This document shows, in pieces, positions 37,864-50,582 of a DNA stretch of 64,000 bases; the stretch's first letter is position 1, and each line of letters opens with the position of its first letter. This DNA comes from Octopus bimaculoides. Its lineage: Eukaryota. A program made the position numbers and the translations under genes. Location: the NCBI RefSeq assembly GCF_001194135.2, contig NC_068991.1, positions 54,668,799 through 54,732,798 on the forward strand, read 5' to 3'. The notes under the pieces are model-generated. The model saw nothing but the letters and a program-made list of their open reading frames with translations, made no database searches and was not told where the DNA came from.

Positions 37864-39815
37864 GTCAGACTGACACCTGCAACCACATGGTTAAGAAGCA
37901 AGCTTAATAACTAACTAAGCAAGAATGAAAATAAAAATACCTGCTATCGTAGAAGTCAAAACAATAATTCTTTCTAATTTTCAACACAAGACCAGCAATT
38001 TGGAGGGGACAAGAAGTTAATTATATCAACCCTTGTATTCAGCTAGTTTTTATTTTATCAACCCCAAAAGGATGAGAGGCAAAGTCAAAATAAAAATATT
38101 ATAGGTACTGAAAGTCCTTTGTTAAGTGGTTATGTATTTCTAAAACAATATACTACTGCCTTTTGTAAAACTAGCTAATATTAAATAATAGACTCAGCAA
38201 TATTTAGTTAAGTGGTAATGTAGCTATTTTTAAAACTGGAGCTGATCCATAAATTCAGTTTGTCATCTGTATTTGACAATATTAAATACTTCCACACTCC
38301 TCCAATCAGTATACTGATTTCAAGTTTTGGCAAAAGGCCAGCAATTTTGGGGAGTGGGTGTGTCGATTTCATCAACCCCAGTGCTCAACTGATATTTATT
38401 TTATTGACCCCGAAAGGATGAAAGGCAAAGTCGACCTTTCTGGAATTTGAACTCAGAATGTAAAGATGGACAAAATACTGCAAGCATTTTGCCAGTGTGC
38501 TAAGAATTCAGCCAGCTTACCACCGTGACTGCATATTAACATACTGATTTCAAATTTTGGTACAAGGCCAGCAATTCTGGGCAGGGGATAAGTCAATTAC
38601 ATTGATCCCAGTGTTCAACTGGTACTTAGTTTCTATACCCCAAAAGGATAAAAGGTGAGATTGACTAAGCATTTTGCCTGGCATGTTAACGATTTTGCCT
38701 ACACTGTAGTTTAGTCTTTAGATTACTCCTCAAACTGAAATAACCACATCACCTATACAGAAATATTTTAGAGTTTAGACCTAATTTTATTTCAAATGGT
38801 TACTACCTGCTAGTCTTTAATTAGTTCAAATCATCAACTTTATTTAACATCGTGGGCCATGCTGGCATGGGTTGGCCAGCTTAACAAGATTCCATGGGTC
38901 CAAGGACTGCATCATACTCTTGTGTCTGCCTTGGCATAGTTTATACCACTGGATGCCCTTCTTAATGCCAACCACTTTATAACGTGTACTGGGTGATTTT
39001 TTTTTTTATTTTGTGTACCACCAGCACAAGTAAGGTTGCTATGCAGCTCACAAGACTATATAATGCAGGAAGCTTTATGCTAGGAATGGGGGCGAGTAGG
39101 TTCTCGTTGTAGAGTAGCTACATGGCTACTCACATATCAAAGAAAGGGGGAGAATGCTCAACAGGAGTTGCAAAGAGATAAATATAAAAAGTGGTGATGA
39201 AGTGGCCAGGTGGCTCCTCAAAATATGAGCTGGATAGAAGTAACTTGGGACAGAGGAGCTAGGATCGTGGGAGGTAGGGGGAGGTTGGGGGATGCAAAAA
39301 GTGTATGTGGGAGCAAGAGCTGGGGAGATTGGAAAAGAGGAGGTAGGTCACAACTTTAAAGATTGGGTGGGTCTGACGGTCACAACAATAATATTTCATC
39401 ATCTAATTAGTTGAATCAACTAGATATAGATGCCTGACATTTAACCTTTTCATTGTGGGAATCAGTTATATCTGTTACCCTTAACTGTGGAAAGCAATTT
39501 TATATACCAATTTATCTTTAGTTGAAGATTGTCATGCTTGAAGCTAGTTTTTATTGATATATGTCAAGTTTATTAAAGCAATGAGACTTGCATAAAATAC
39601 AGATTCTATTATTTATTTATTTATTTTTTTTGGTAGATGCTTAACATCGTTACTAGAATAAGCATAAAATTTAATTTCACAGTTAAAAAGTTAATGAAAT
39701 TATGTAAATAGGACAGTAAAAGGATAAACAGCCATCCTGTCATTACTTGTAAGGGCTAATATGCTTTATATTCTTCACACTTATCTTAAATGTTTTTTCT
39801 TCTTTATTATCCTAG

Positions 39816-39914
39816 GAATCTAAACGATCATTTTTGCACAGCGTGATCAATGAGGGAGGAGATAAAGAAAAACTGGAAAGTTTTGTCAACTTTTGTGAAG
39901 ACACAATCTTTGAG
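39816..39914 (+). CDS. RyR: RyR exon ([33 protein letters not shown])
   Basis: CCTAG / GTAAGG; [11 protein letters not shown] motif; 99 nt. Confidence 0.97.
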
Positions 39915-40562
39915 GTAAGGAAGGACTTGCCAATGTTTTTTTTGTTATCAATATCATTTTTTACCTTCATTATCATCATCATCATCATCGTTACATTTTT
40001 TCCCATCCTTCTTTATATCATTACCATTAATAATGCTATCGTTATTGTCATTCTCATTATAATCATTATGAAAGCACATGACCGAGTGGTTAGGGTGTTG
40101 TATTCATGATAGTAAGATCGTGGTTTCAATTTCCAGACCTGGCAGTGCATTGTGTTCTTAAGTAAAGTACTTCATTTCATGTTGCTCTTGCTGACTCAGC
40201 TCTAAATGAGTAAACCCTGCAATAAACTGACATCCCATTGATGGGCAGTGCCGTGAACTAAGTCACTTATGTGCCATGAAAATGAAAAAACTGCCTGATG
40301 AGTCATAGAACTCAAGAGAGAACACACTTATTATTATCATTATAAATGATACACATAATATCAATTCGTAGTGAAAGGTAAAAAGATTTAATTTCTATAT
40401 GAAATTTTAGACTGATGTATATATTGTTCTTATTATTAATATTATGACATATTGAATAAAAACATTAATTCATAATATTGTTTTAGACTTCAAATTGTAT
40501 CTATTTAAAGATTAAAATATAGAAGTTCATATTCTAAGAATTGATACCCTAGATCTAAGTAT

Positions 40563-40860
40563 TTAAGGAGTGGGATGTAGATTTTCCTGTAAGTCAGACT
40601 TCATAGCCCTGCCAGACAAAATGGAAAAGGTGTTGTCCCGGAGGACGGTGAAGGAGATGCAGTGGAACTCATGGGACTTGCACTTGTAGACAGACATTTC
40701 TGCCCCTATAGCAGTGAACAAGAATATGGTCCAGAGGCCAAGAACACCAGAGGTCTCCACTACCACAGGCTTCACCATAAACCTGTTAGAGAGAATTTGT
40801 TTCCATTTCTTGCTGAGTGCCTTTCCGACAGCTAAGGCAAAGAAACTCACTGTATACATT
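40563..40860 (-). mobile_element. CRE-clade non-LTR retrotransposon C-terminal restriction-like endonuclease fragment
   Basis: KKWKQI...KPVVVETSGVLG.......IG.......ISFTVLRDNTFSILSG resembles F.PVAVET.G.WG ... ISIA.QRGNA..ILG. Confidence 0.65.
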
Positions 40861-41109
40861 GATAGGCCATTAAAATAAATGCACCAGAGTGCTCATTTAC
40901 AAAATCAAATAAAGTTATGTAGAAAAATAATTTACTATATGGAATGTAATTGTTCTTATGGCAACAATGCTTTTCTCAGCACCTGTGAAGTACCAGTCAA
41001 AACAATCTTCTGCATTTCTTGCAGAGGCCAGGAATCATTCTCAAATAATTTTCAGTTCCTTTTTTAATCATTCCTAGTGCTCCTACAATCACTGGTATTG
41101 TAATGACCT

Positions 41110-41122
41110 TGAGATGCCACAT

Positions 41123-41171
<49 letters not shown>

Positions 41172-41178
41172 CATTATT

Positions 41179-41220
<42 letters not shown>

Positions 41221-41384
41221 TTCATCATCATCACCATCACCATCACCATCACCACCACCACCACCACCACCACCACNNNNNNNNNNNNNNNNNNNNNNNN
41301 NNNNNNNNNNNNNNNNNNNNNNNNNNNNNNNNNNNNNNNNNNNNNNNNNNNNNNNNNNNNNNNNNNNNNNNNNNNNNNNNNNNN

Positions 41385-41421
<37 letters not shown>

Positions 41422-41437
41422 TATTATTATTATTATT
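41110..41437. repeat. Compound microsatellite (TTA)n-(TCA)n-(CCA)n spanning an N gap
   Basis: Direct reading; source of the spurious poly-H/poly-Y/poly-S ORFs. Confidence 0.95.
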
Positions 41438-41823
41438 AAAGACTCTCGCACAGTTCTTAATTACCGATTATTCTTTACTTGAAAGCAGGCAATAACAAAT
41501 CACCAAAGGTTTCAAGTAGTGCCTTCTCCTGTGACTCAAAGAGACAATACTCTCCTTAGAATGCGAACTGTACCCAACAATGCTGTCTTCTGGATCATCT
41601 TGAGCCTGACAGCAGCTCCAATATTCTTAATATGTTTTTCGAAACCTTTGGAAACTGTTCCTAATGCTCCAATTACCACCAGTATCACCATTACTTTCCA
41701 GATACACCATAACTTTCCTATCTTGTCATGCATTGGCTGGTGTTTCTCAATCTTTTCTGTTTCCTTACATTTTACCCTTGAATCACCTGGTATTGCAACA
41801 TCTATTATCTTCACTTCACCCTC

Positions 41824-41824
<1 letters not shown>
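41438..41824 (-). mobile_element. 5'-truncated R4/Dong-like RLE non-LTR retrotransposon in a (TAA)n microsatellite
   Basis: IIDVAIPGDSRV..KE.EKI.K...LW....V..VVIGALG.V...IQK.ALLGT.RILRRVL; (TTA)n on both flanks. Confidence 0.8.
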
Positions 41825-41877
<53 letters not shown>

Positions 41878-41879
<2 letters not shown>

Positions 41880-42114
41880 GATAGAGAGATGAGTTCTTCT
41901 AAAAAGGAATTAGACTGACATTTATTTTATTTTGAACCTGTTGAAGACACACGAGATGTCAAAATATTGTTCAAAGGACCAATAAATAAGTTACTTTCGA
42001 GTTGCGCTTTTCGTCATTGAGTTGGCCGTAGTGATGGATTACGTCAGCTATGTTTACCTTAGTGATGGAATTTGGCAATTGTATACAAAAGTTAAGAACT
42101 CATCTCTCTATCTA
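41878..42114. mobile_element. Small element bounded by a perfect 21-bp inverted repeat, containing a degenerate hammerhead-like motif
   Basis: TAGATAGAGAGATGAGTTCTT (41878-41898) and its reverse complement (42094-42114); motif at 41931-41975. Confidence 0.6.
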
Positions 42115-42151
42115 TTGCATTTCTGCTGAGTTTCCAGTCCTCTATAAAAAC

Positions 42152-42194
<43 letters not shown>

Positions 42195-42203
42195 TATCCT
42201 CAG

Positions 42204-42277
42204 ATGCAACATGCAACGAGTATCACCGGGGAGGAGTTGAAGTTGTCATCTGTGATAGGTGGTGTAGGAGCAGGAAG
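42204..42277 (+). CDS. RyR: RyR exon (MQHATSITGEELKLSSVIGGVGAG-S)
   Basis: CCTCAG / GTGAGT; MQ.A..I continues FEMQ motif; phase 0 to 2. Confidence 0.9.
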
Positions 42278-42626
42278 GTGAGTGTGATTTTGTTTTGTTA
42301 TACAACATAATTTTGTATTATTTTTAAAATTTTGTCTGAAGAATTAAGGATAGGAGATTCTATACATGTTTTTCTACATGTATACCTTTGCAACATTTAT
42401 CCTGTAATGAAACACCTGTAACATAGAATTTAAAATATACCAAATTTTTCTGGTCTTTTGTTTTGACATAAATAAATAACATTTCAATGTGGCATGCATG
42501 AATAATTGTGAAGATCACTTTTCATGAAACCACTGGTTGCCTTGTTAACCCACAAATAAAAAAAATGTATACATATATATATAAAATTCTTTAATTTTGA
42601 CATGTATATCTATTTTCCTTTTACAG

Positions 42627-42827
42627 CATTTTAGAGCCCGTGAAGGCAACATATCGTACCATTCGAGATTTCATCGGATCCTTATTATCATTGTTCACAT
42701 GGTCCAATATCAAGAATACATATCATACATTCCGCAGTATGACCTACGGACAACTGTTTATGATGATCCTAAAAGGAAATTTCCAATTTGGACTATCAAT
42801 ATTAACACTGATATTCCATATATTCTG
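42627..42827 (+). CDS. RyR: RyR exon, start of divergent region 1 (ILEPVKATYRTIRDFIGSLLSLFTWSNIK...LIFHIF-W)
   Basis: TTTTACAG / GTAAGT; 201 nt open, phase 2 to 2, amphipathic/hydrophobic. Confidence 0.88.
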
Positions 42828-43165
42828 GTAAGTTACTTGTTGCAGATATAGAAGTCATTCTCTAGAACAGGGATGGGCAAATTTGATAATGCCAGAAGCA
42901 AATTTCATGTTCTAAACAAACAAATGGGGTGTATGTGAACATAGGAAAATAATGAATGTTTAATTTCAAAAATCCATAAGTTTGTAATTTGTATTAAATA
43001 AGTCTTACAGCTTAATTCAGCAAAAAGAGACAAATAGAATAAACAACAGACTTAAAAAGTAAGTTCTGAGGTCAATTCAGTCAACTAAAAATTCAAGGTG
43101 GTGCCCAAGCATGGCAGTTAATGACTGAAATAAATAAGAAATAAAGATAAGATACACACACACAC

Positions 43166-43207
<42 letters not shown>

Positions 43208-43621
43208 GTAATTGTAGCCAGTAAAACAATGAGAAAAATATAATATATATGTTTGATACATATGTATATATATATATATAATATGTAGGTGTGGCTGTGT
43301 GGTAAGAAGCTTGGTTCCCAACCACATGGTTCTAGGTTCAGTCCCACTGTGTGGCACCTTGGGCAAGTATCATCTATAGACTCAGGCCAGTCAAAGCCTT
43401 GTGAGTGAATTTGGTAGACAGAAACTGAAAGAAACCCATCATATATGTATATATATGTGTGTGTATGTGTGTGCGTGTGTGTGCGCATGTGTGTGTGTGC
43501 ACGCATGTGTGTGTGTATGTATGTATATGTGGTTGTTTGTTGACAACTTTTTCTGCCTTAATAATAATACCCAATCTTTCTGCTGTTTAATGGCTATACT
43601 GTGTTCAATATATATACTTAC

Positions 43622-43661
<40 letters not shown>

Positions 43662-44082
43662 GTATATGTATGTATGTATGTATGTCAGTGTGTGTGCCTT
43701 TGTGTCTGTGTTTTTTCCTCCACCACTGCTTGCTTGATAGCTAACTTACTGATTCAGCAAAAAACAGACATATAGTGTAAGTACCAGGCTTAAAAAGTAA
43801 GTTCTGAGGTCAATTCATTCAACTAAAAAAATTCAAGGTGGTACTCCAGCATGGCCACTGTTAATGACTGAAAAAAATAAAAGATAAAGATAGAGATCAG
43901 ACACACATGTGCGTGTGCACACACACTCATATGCACACGTATATGTATAATATACCTATCTGTAATTTTGATTTGTAATGAAGTCTGTAATTTTCTAATA
44001 TTAAAATAATTCCTATTTCTTAAAATACAGTTGTTGATAAATGTCATCATTTCTTATATTTGTCAATATTTTTTACTAAAAG

Positions 44083-44316
44083 GACTTTAGCCAAATTCTT
44101 GATAAATATGATGATGGGTGATCGAGGTATGGAGGTGACTTCAGATGCTGTAAAGGCTGCTGCTACCAAACACCCCCCTGCTATAATGCCTGCTCCATTG
44201 GCATTAGGAGCCCCAGAAACGCCTAGTGGAGCGGCACCGGCAGGACCAAAGGTTACACAAGAAAATGGAGGACCTGTTAAAACGTTCCCTGCTAAGAAGG
44301 AAAATGGTCTGAAAGA
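44083..44316 (+). CDS. RyR: RyR divergent region 1 exon, Pro/Ala-rich (TLAKFLINMMMGDRG...PAKKENGLK-E)
   Basis: GC-richer 234-nt open frame, AAAAG acceptor, GTAAGT donor, phase 2 to 2 fits neighbours. Confidence 0.82.
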
Positions 44317-44407
44317 GTAAGTTAAAACTCACTCACCTCTTTCATTTCTGACACCGTTATTACTTGTAGTATTGTGATGTTATTATTATTATTATTATCA
44401 TTATCAA

Positions 44408-44615
44408 GGCAGTGAGCTGGCAGAATCGTTAGCCCACAAGGCAAAATGTTCAGTTGCATTTCGTCCCCCTTTATGTTCCGGGTTCAAATTCCGTCGAGGC
44501 TGAGTTTGCCTTTCATCCTTTTGGAGTTGATAAATTAAGTACCAGTCAAGCACTGGGGTCAATATGATCAACTATCCCCCTCTCCTCAAATTCCATGCCT
44601 TGTGCCTATGGTAGA
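44408..44615 (+). mobile_element. Abundant ~210-bp SINE family (GAGCTGGCAGAATCGTTAG...GAGTTCAAATTCC...TTTCATCCTTT...AAGTACCAGT)
   Basis: Related copies near 27049-27260, 28862-29085, 45475-45670, 62958-63100; minus near 11815-11995, 38330-38525 and 52915-53105. Confidence 0.75.
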
Positions 44616-45860
44616 AAGGATTATTATTATTATTATCATTATTACTAGTATTGAATGAGAGAGGAATGCATGCCTTCAAAGTGACACTGGGGTACAAACA
44701 TACAAAGCCCAATATACCCACCATGACTACCTGTCTGATAAGGGTACACCAGGTACATGCATCACAATCATATTTGCATGACATAGTGTTCTCATATCAA
44801 GATAAACGGTACATGACCTTGCAAGTTGGTCCCAGTTAGAACTTTTTTCAGGTCAAGTAACCCATCCCACTTAAAATGTTCCTGAATGAGGTTTGTTTAA
44901 GGATGTTGAGCAAAACACCTATGTTTCCAAAGGTGAATTATTCAAACCCCAAAGAATTCCTCTCAACACATGGCTATGATGCCCCCCCACTACTTCTGCT
45001 CCTGATCAGAGATGCACATATCGTCAGCCACCAAGGGACATGCTCAACTGGCAAAGGTCAAGTAACTGGCAAGTGAATCTGTAGTATTGACCAGAATATC
45101 TGTTGTAACCCATACAATTATTACTAATGCTAATACTAATACTAGGGTGAAGGCACATGGCTAAGTGGTTAGAGCATCAGGTTCACATGAGGTAGTGAGT
45201 TCAATTCCCAGACCACACTGTGTTGTGTTCTTGAGCAAGACACTTTATTTCACATTGCTCCAGTTCACTTAACTGGTACCAAACTGTATTAGCCTTTACT
45301 TTTCTCTTGGATAACATTGGTGGTATAGAGAGGGGAGGCTGGTATGCATGGGTAACTGCTGGTCTTCCATAAACAACCTTGCCCAGACTTGTACCTTGAC
45401 GGGTAACTTTCTAGATGCAATTCCATAGTCATTCATAACCGAAGGAGGTTTTTACCCTTTACCCTTTTACAAGGGTGATGAGCTGGTAGAATCTTTAGCT
45501 CATCAGACAAACTGCTTAGTGGCATTTCTTCTGACTCTTTACATTCTGAGTTCAAATCCCACCAAGGTCAACTGTGCTTTCATCCTACATGGTCAGTTAA
45601 ATAAAGTACCAGTCAAGTACTAGGGTTGATATAATCAACTTGCCCCTCCCCTCAAAATTGCTAGCCTTGAAATGAAAATATTAATATTATAGGCACAAAC
45701 ATGTGTGCGTGTGTGTGTGGTAAGAAGGTTGCTTCCCAACCACATTGTTCTGGATTCAGTCCCCATTGTGAGTCACCTCAGGCAAGTGTCTTTTACAATA
45801 ACCCTAGGACAACCAAACCCTTCTGAGTGGATTTGGTACATGAAAACAGAAAGAAGCTTA

Positions 45861-45919
<59 letters not shown>

Positions 45920-45968
45920 GCTTGGTTTGTCAGTTAAGGATTCACAAGCTCTTTATTTATTCCTTCAG

Positions 45969-46089
45969 ATCTATCAGTGTGACAGAGGGACAGACGGCAC
46001 CAGAAGTTGATGTTACAACAGTAAATGGTAGTGTACCATCAAAGGAATTACCTTCAGCTACCTCTGAAGGTGTAAATGAAATGCTTTTG
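45969..46089 (+). CDS. RyR: RyR divergent region 1 exon (SISVTEGQTAPEVDVTTVNGSVPSKELPSATSEGVNEMLL)
   Basis: CCTTCAG / GTAAGT; phase 2 to 0. Confidence 0.8.
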
Positions 46090-47901
46090 GTAAGTGTTTT
46101 AATAAGTAAAGTATATTTTTTTATAACTGGAGAAAGTATCTCAGAATTATTTTAAGGTGTTGCAGCAAGAATGTTTATTTATTCAAAATCTTTATGAAGA
46201 GGTCTAATAAGAAAAAAATATATCCTTGTTTATCCTTGTACTTGTCAAAAATCACACGTCCTTTCTACCTCATACCCAACTCAACATTTTTAATTAATTT
46301 GAATTTTAAATAAGTCTCTTTCTTATCCAGAATTAATCATTAAAACTAACGATTTCTCCTCTTCAATACAGGTACAATAGTAAATAATTAAAAATTGGTG
46401 ATAGGAGAGGGAGGTTCACTACATTATATTAACCAGAACTAAGCTATATTAGATATATTGTATGTTTTTCAAAATTAGTGTCTTAGGGTAATAATCTACA
46501 GCAGGGGTTTTATAATTAACAGTTGACATTGTTTATTGTTTTTATAAAATAAATATCTTATTCTGACTTAGTACATACTTCATGAAGAATATTACTTTAC
46601 CCAACAACACATATATCATCACCATCATCATCATTATCATCATTTAACATCTGTTGTCCATGCTGGCTTGGGTTGGACAGTTCGACTGGGCTAGCATGCT
46701 GGAAGGATGCACCAACGGTAAATAAATATTTCTTTACCGTTACTTTAATAAATGCCATACCACGACGGGTAGGTTAGTGTAATAGTATAACACAGTTTGT
46801 AAAGCATGCAAGGTAAAGAAAGTTAATTTCGGCCTGTATATGTGTGTACACGATCTTGTAGCAGTATATAGACAGAGATATGGTAATGTTACAGAGAAAA
46901 GAAAGTGAGATAGTGAAAGTTATAGATTGTGGGGCATTGTGTTTCTTAGTTGGCTGGTTGTAACCTTCTTTCTCCCTCTGGTCGTTTGTCTTTAGTGGCT
47001 GCCTGCTTGTGACCATGACTCTAGATGTCTGTTCACTAACTAATTGAGTTGTCACTAGCTGCTTCGCTCTGTTGTCGCCAAGTGACTACTGCTCATTGAG
47101 TCGTTACTGACTGGTGACTAGACTAGTTGAGTCGTCACCGACTGGTGATTNNNNNNNNNNNNNNNNNNNNNNNNNNNNNNNNNNNNNNNNNNNNNNNNNN
47201 NNNNNNNNNNNNNNNNNNNNNNNNNNNNNNNNNNNNNNNNNNNNNNNNNNNNNNNNNNNNNNNNNNNNNNNNNNNNNNNNNNNNNNNNNNNNNNNNNNNN
47301 NNNNNNNNNNNNNNNNNNNNNNNNNNNNNNNNNNNNNNNNNNNNNNNNNNNNNNNNNNNNNNNNNNNNNNNNNNNNNNNNNNNNNNNNNNNNNNNNNNNN
47401 NNNNNNNNNNNNNNNNNNNNNNNNNNNNNNNNNNNNNNNNNNNNNNNNNNNNNNNNNNNNNNNNNNNNNNNNNNNNNNNNNNNNNNNNNNNNNNNNNNNN
47501 NNNNNNNNNNNNNNNNNNNNNNNNNNNNNNNNNNNNNNNNNNNNNNNNNNNNNNNNNNNNNNNNNNNNNNNNNNNNNNNNNNNNNNNNNNNNNNNNNNNN
47601 NNNNNNNNNNNNNNNNNNNNNNNNNNNNNNNNNNNNNNNNNNNNNNNNNNNNNNNNNNNNNNNNNNNNNNNNNNNNNNNNNNNNNNNNNNNNNNNNNNNN
47701 NNNNNNNNNNNNNNNNNNNNNNNNNNNNNNNNNNNNNNNNNNNNNNNNNNNNNNNNNNNNNNNNNNNNNNNNNNNNNNNNNNNNNNNNNNNNNNNNNNNN
47801 NNNNNNNNNNNNNNNNNNNNNNNNNNNNNNNNNNNNNNNNNNNNNNAGGACTGAACCAGTGCATGTGTTTATTACCGGCATAATGCCTCTCCCAAGGTTT
47901 A

Positions 47902-47942
<41 letters not shown>

Positions 47943-48411
47943 TGTGTAAGATATAAGTTAGAGGTAATGTAACCATCTAAGGGATAGAAATATCCATAGG
48001 CACTCCTGGTATTACTTCAGTATGTATGGTCCTTGTTATAAGGTATATGGTAGTAGGTAATTGAAACGGTAAAGCCGTGGTTTAATATATATGTAAGTAT
48101 GTGTTTGTGTGTGGGTCTGTATTTGTCCCCACTGCCATTGCTTGACAACCAATGCGAGTGAGTTTATGTCCTTGTAACTTAGCAATTCAGTAAAAGTGAC
48201 TGACAGAATAAGTACTAGGCTCACAAAGAATAAGTCCTGGGGTCAATGTCTTCAACTAAAACCTTTTAAGGTGGTGCTCCAGCATGGCTGCAGTCAAATG
48301 ACTGAAACAAGTAAAAGAATAAAAGATAAAAGAAAGGATAGTATTGAATATTAAAGAATGTATTGACATTACCAAGTAGATATTTTAATTGTCCATTTTC
48401 TTTCATTATAG

Positions 48412-48482
48412 GAAGAAAAATTCTTGATAGCTGAATCAGTGCCAGAAATTCCAGCTCCAGCTGGAACATCTACAAACGAAGC
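48412..48482 (+). CDS. RyR: RyR divergent region 1 exon (EEKFLIAESVPEIPAPAGTSTNE-A)
   Basis: Polypyrimidine + TATAG, GTACGT donor; phase 0 to 2 bridges both neighbours. Confidence 0.8.
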
Positions 48483-48887
48483 GTACGTTTTTTTTTTCTA
48501 CTTTAAAATATATGAATAATTTAAATCTCTATTCCTTTTCAATAAACTTACACATTTATTGATAGACTCAAAGGAATGTTTGATAAGACACATTCTGGTT
48601 GATGAGACACATGTCAAAGATACACTGGTATCTCAAAATCCTTTGCACCAATAAGCAAAGTATTTTATGAATGCAGTCATAGTAAAAGGAAGAAGTTGTT
48701 CTCCTGTGACATGCACAACGGCAACCAGCATATTTTCATTTGAATCTTTTAGATCATAATCAAGTATAAATCTGCAACTCATCATTTCAGAGCTCCCTGT
48801 AAACAGTGCAAATAATGAAATTTTTATATAAACAGTGATTTTCATAAACAGTATTAATCTAAAACTTTGCTATTTTTGTTTTTATAG

Positions 48888-49014
48888 GACTAATGGTACT
48901 CCAACGACTGAGAGTGGCAAGGGAGAAGAACTGGAAGGTGAAGAAGGTGTTGTTACAGGAGAGGAAGAAGTACCTTATGAAACCAAAGCATTTGATTATG
49001 GAAAATATATCCTG
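48888..49014 (+). CDS. RyR: RyR exon, acidic pre-S1 segment (TNGTPTTESGKGEELEGEEG...AFDYGKYIL)
   Basis: TTTTTATAG / GTAATT; phase 2 to 0. Confidence 0.88.
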
Positions 49015-49968
49015 GTAATTATCAATAATATTTTTGCAATATTGAAGGTTGCAATCTGGCAGAATTGTTAGAACTTCATCATCATCCATATCATCATTTA
49101 ACATCTGGTTCTCCATGCTGGCATGAGTTGGACAGTTTGACAGGAGCTGGCAAGCCAAAGAGCTTCAACGGATTCCAATTGTCTGTTTTGGCATGGTTTA
49201 TATAGCTGGATGCCCTTCCTAATACAAACCACTTTACAGAGTGTACTGGATACTTTTTATGTGGCACCAACACAGGAGCTTTATATGTGGTGCCAGCATG
49301 GGAGCATTTTATGTGGTACCAGCATACCAGCATGGCTAATTTTATGTGGTGCCAGCACAGGTACTTTTTCACTGCTCTTTATGTTCTGAGCTCAAATCCC
49401 ACTGAAATCAATTTTGCCTTTCATCTTTTCAAGGTTGATAAAATACGTTCTACCAGAGCACTGAGGTTGATGCAATCAACTTGTTTCCTCCCCTCAAAAT
49501 TGCTAGCTGGGCCTTGTACCAAAATTAGAAAGAATATAGCCTTCAAATTTTGGCACAAGACCAGCAATTTCAGGGGAGGGAGCAAGTTGATTGAATTTAT
49601 CCCAGAGTTCACCTGATACTTATTTTATCGACCCCAAAATGATGGAAGGCAAATAATATGCTCAGTGCAATCTTCAGACAGACTCAGTCTGCTGCTGTTT
49701 TTTGACAAGGTTAGTTCAGTAAATTATTGGTATGGTCCATTCACTGAAACTTCCACACTGTTTCTATCAACTTCATTTCACTGACAAGGTGCGGGTCGCT
49801 CTAAGACATCGACAGAATCTACTTGTCCTAGATGCCATGCATTGAAATTTAAAACAAGACCTCATGGGTATGAAGTGAATCCTTTAAACACTTGGCCATT
49901 TCCTGTGATCATCAAGGAAACATTAAAACATGCAACATATTTTAACTGAAATTTCCTTAGACTCTACT

Positions 49969-50070
49969 AAGAAGAAGAAGAAGAAGAAGGAAGAGGAGAA
50001 GAAGAAGAAGGAAGAGGAGAAGAAGAAGAAGGAAGAGGAGAAGAAGAAGAAGGAAGAGGAGGAGAAGGAG
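49969..50070. repeat. Polypurine minisatellite, ~21-bp unit GAAGAAGAAGAAGGAAGAGGA
   Basis: Direct reading. Confidence 0.9.
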
Positions 50071-50495
50071 ATTTCATCCTTATAGTTAGCTTGTGAGATT
50101 ATTGGTGTGAACATGTGTGTTGAAACAGATTTTGTTGTATCTTGGGAAATTTGTTATGCTAATGGTAAACACACACACACACACTGGTTCTGTTTCCCTT
50201 TTTTTATTATTATTTATTTGTCAATTGGTTCATTATTCGACCAATTAACTAATTGATAGTTTAATTAATCATTCAGTCAGTCAATCACTCATTTTGGTTT
50301 GTCAGAGTCTTTTCATTGCAATTCACAACCTCATCAACAATGTTCTCTCTACGTCTTCCTAAAATACAACAAAACAGAAGAATATTTTCATTTTCTTTAA
50401 TTCGTGATACAAATTTGATACAGTTTCGAAATTAGCAGACATAACAGAAATTAAACATTTCTGCCATTAATAAACTGTTTCTCTTATCTTTGCAG

Positions 50496-50582
50496 AGTTA
50501 TTTTGCAAGAAACTTTTATAATTTCAAATACGTGGCCTTGGCTCTTGCTTTCTTCATCAACTTTATATTACTCTTTTACAAG
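50496..50582 (+). CDS. RyR: RyR S1 exon (SYFARNFYNFKYVALALAFFINFILLFYK)
   Basis: TTTGCAG / GTATGC; ARNFY...AL..AF.INFILLFYK motif. Confidence 0.97.

Noticed and set aside
46069-46070. Alternative donor GAAG/GTGTAA inside a D1 exon
   Set aside because: Phase 1 does not fit the next exon; the GTAAGT donor at 46090 gives the correct frame
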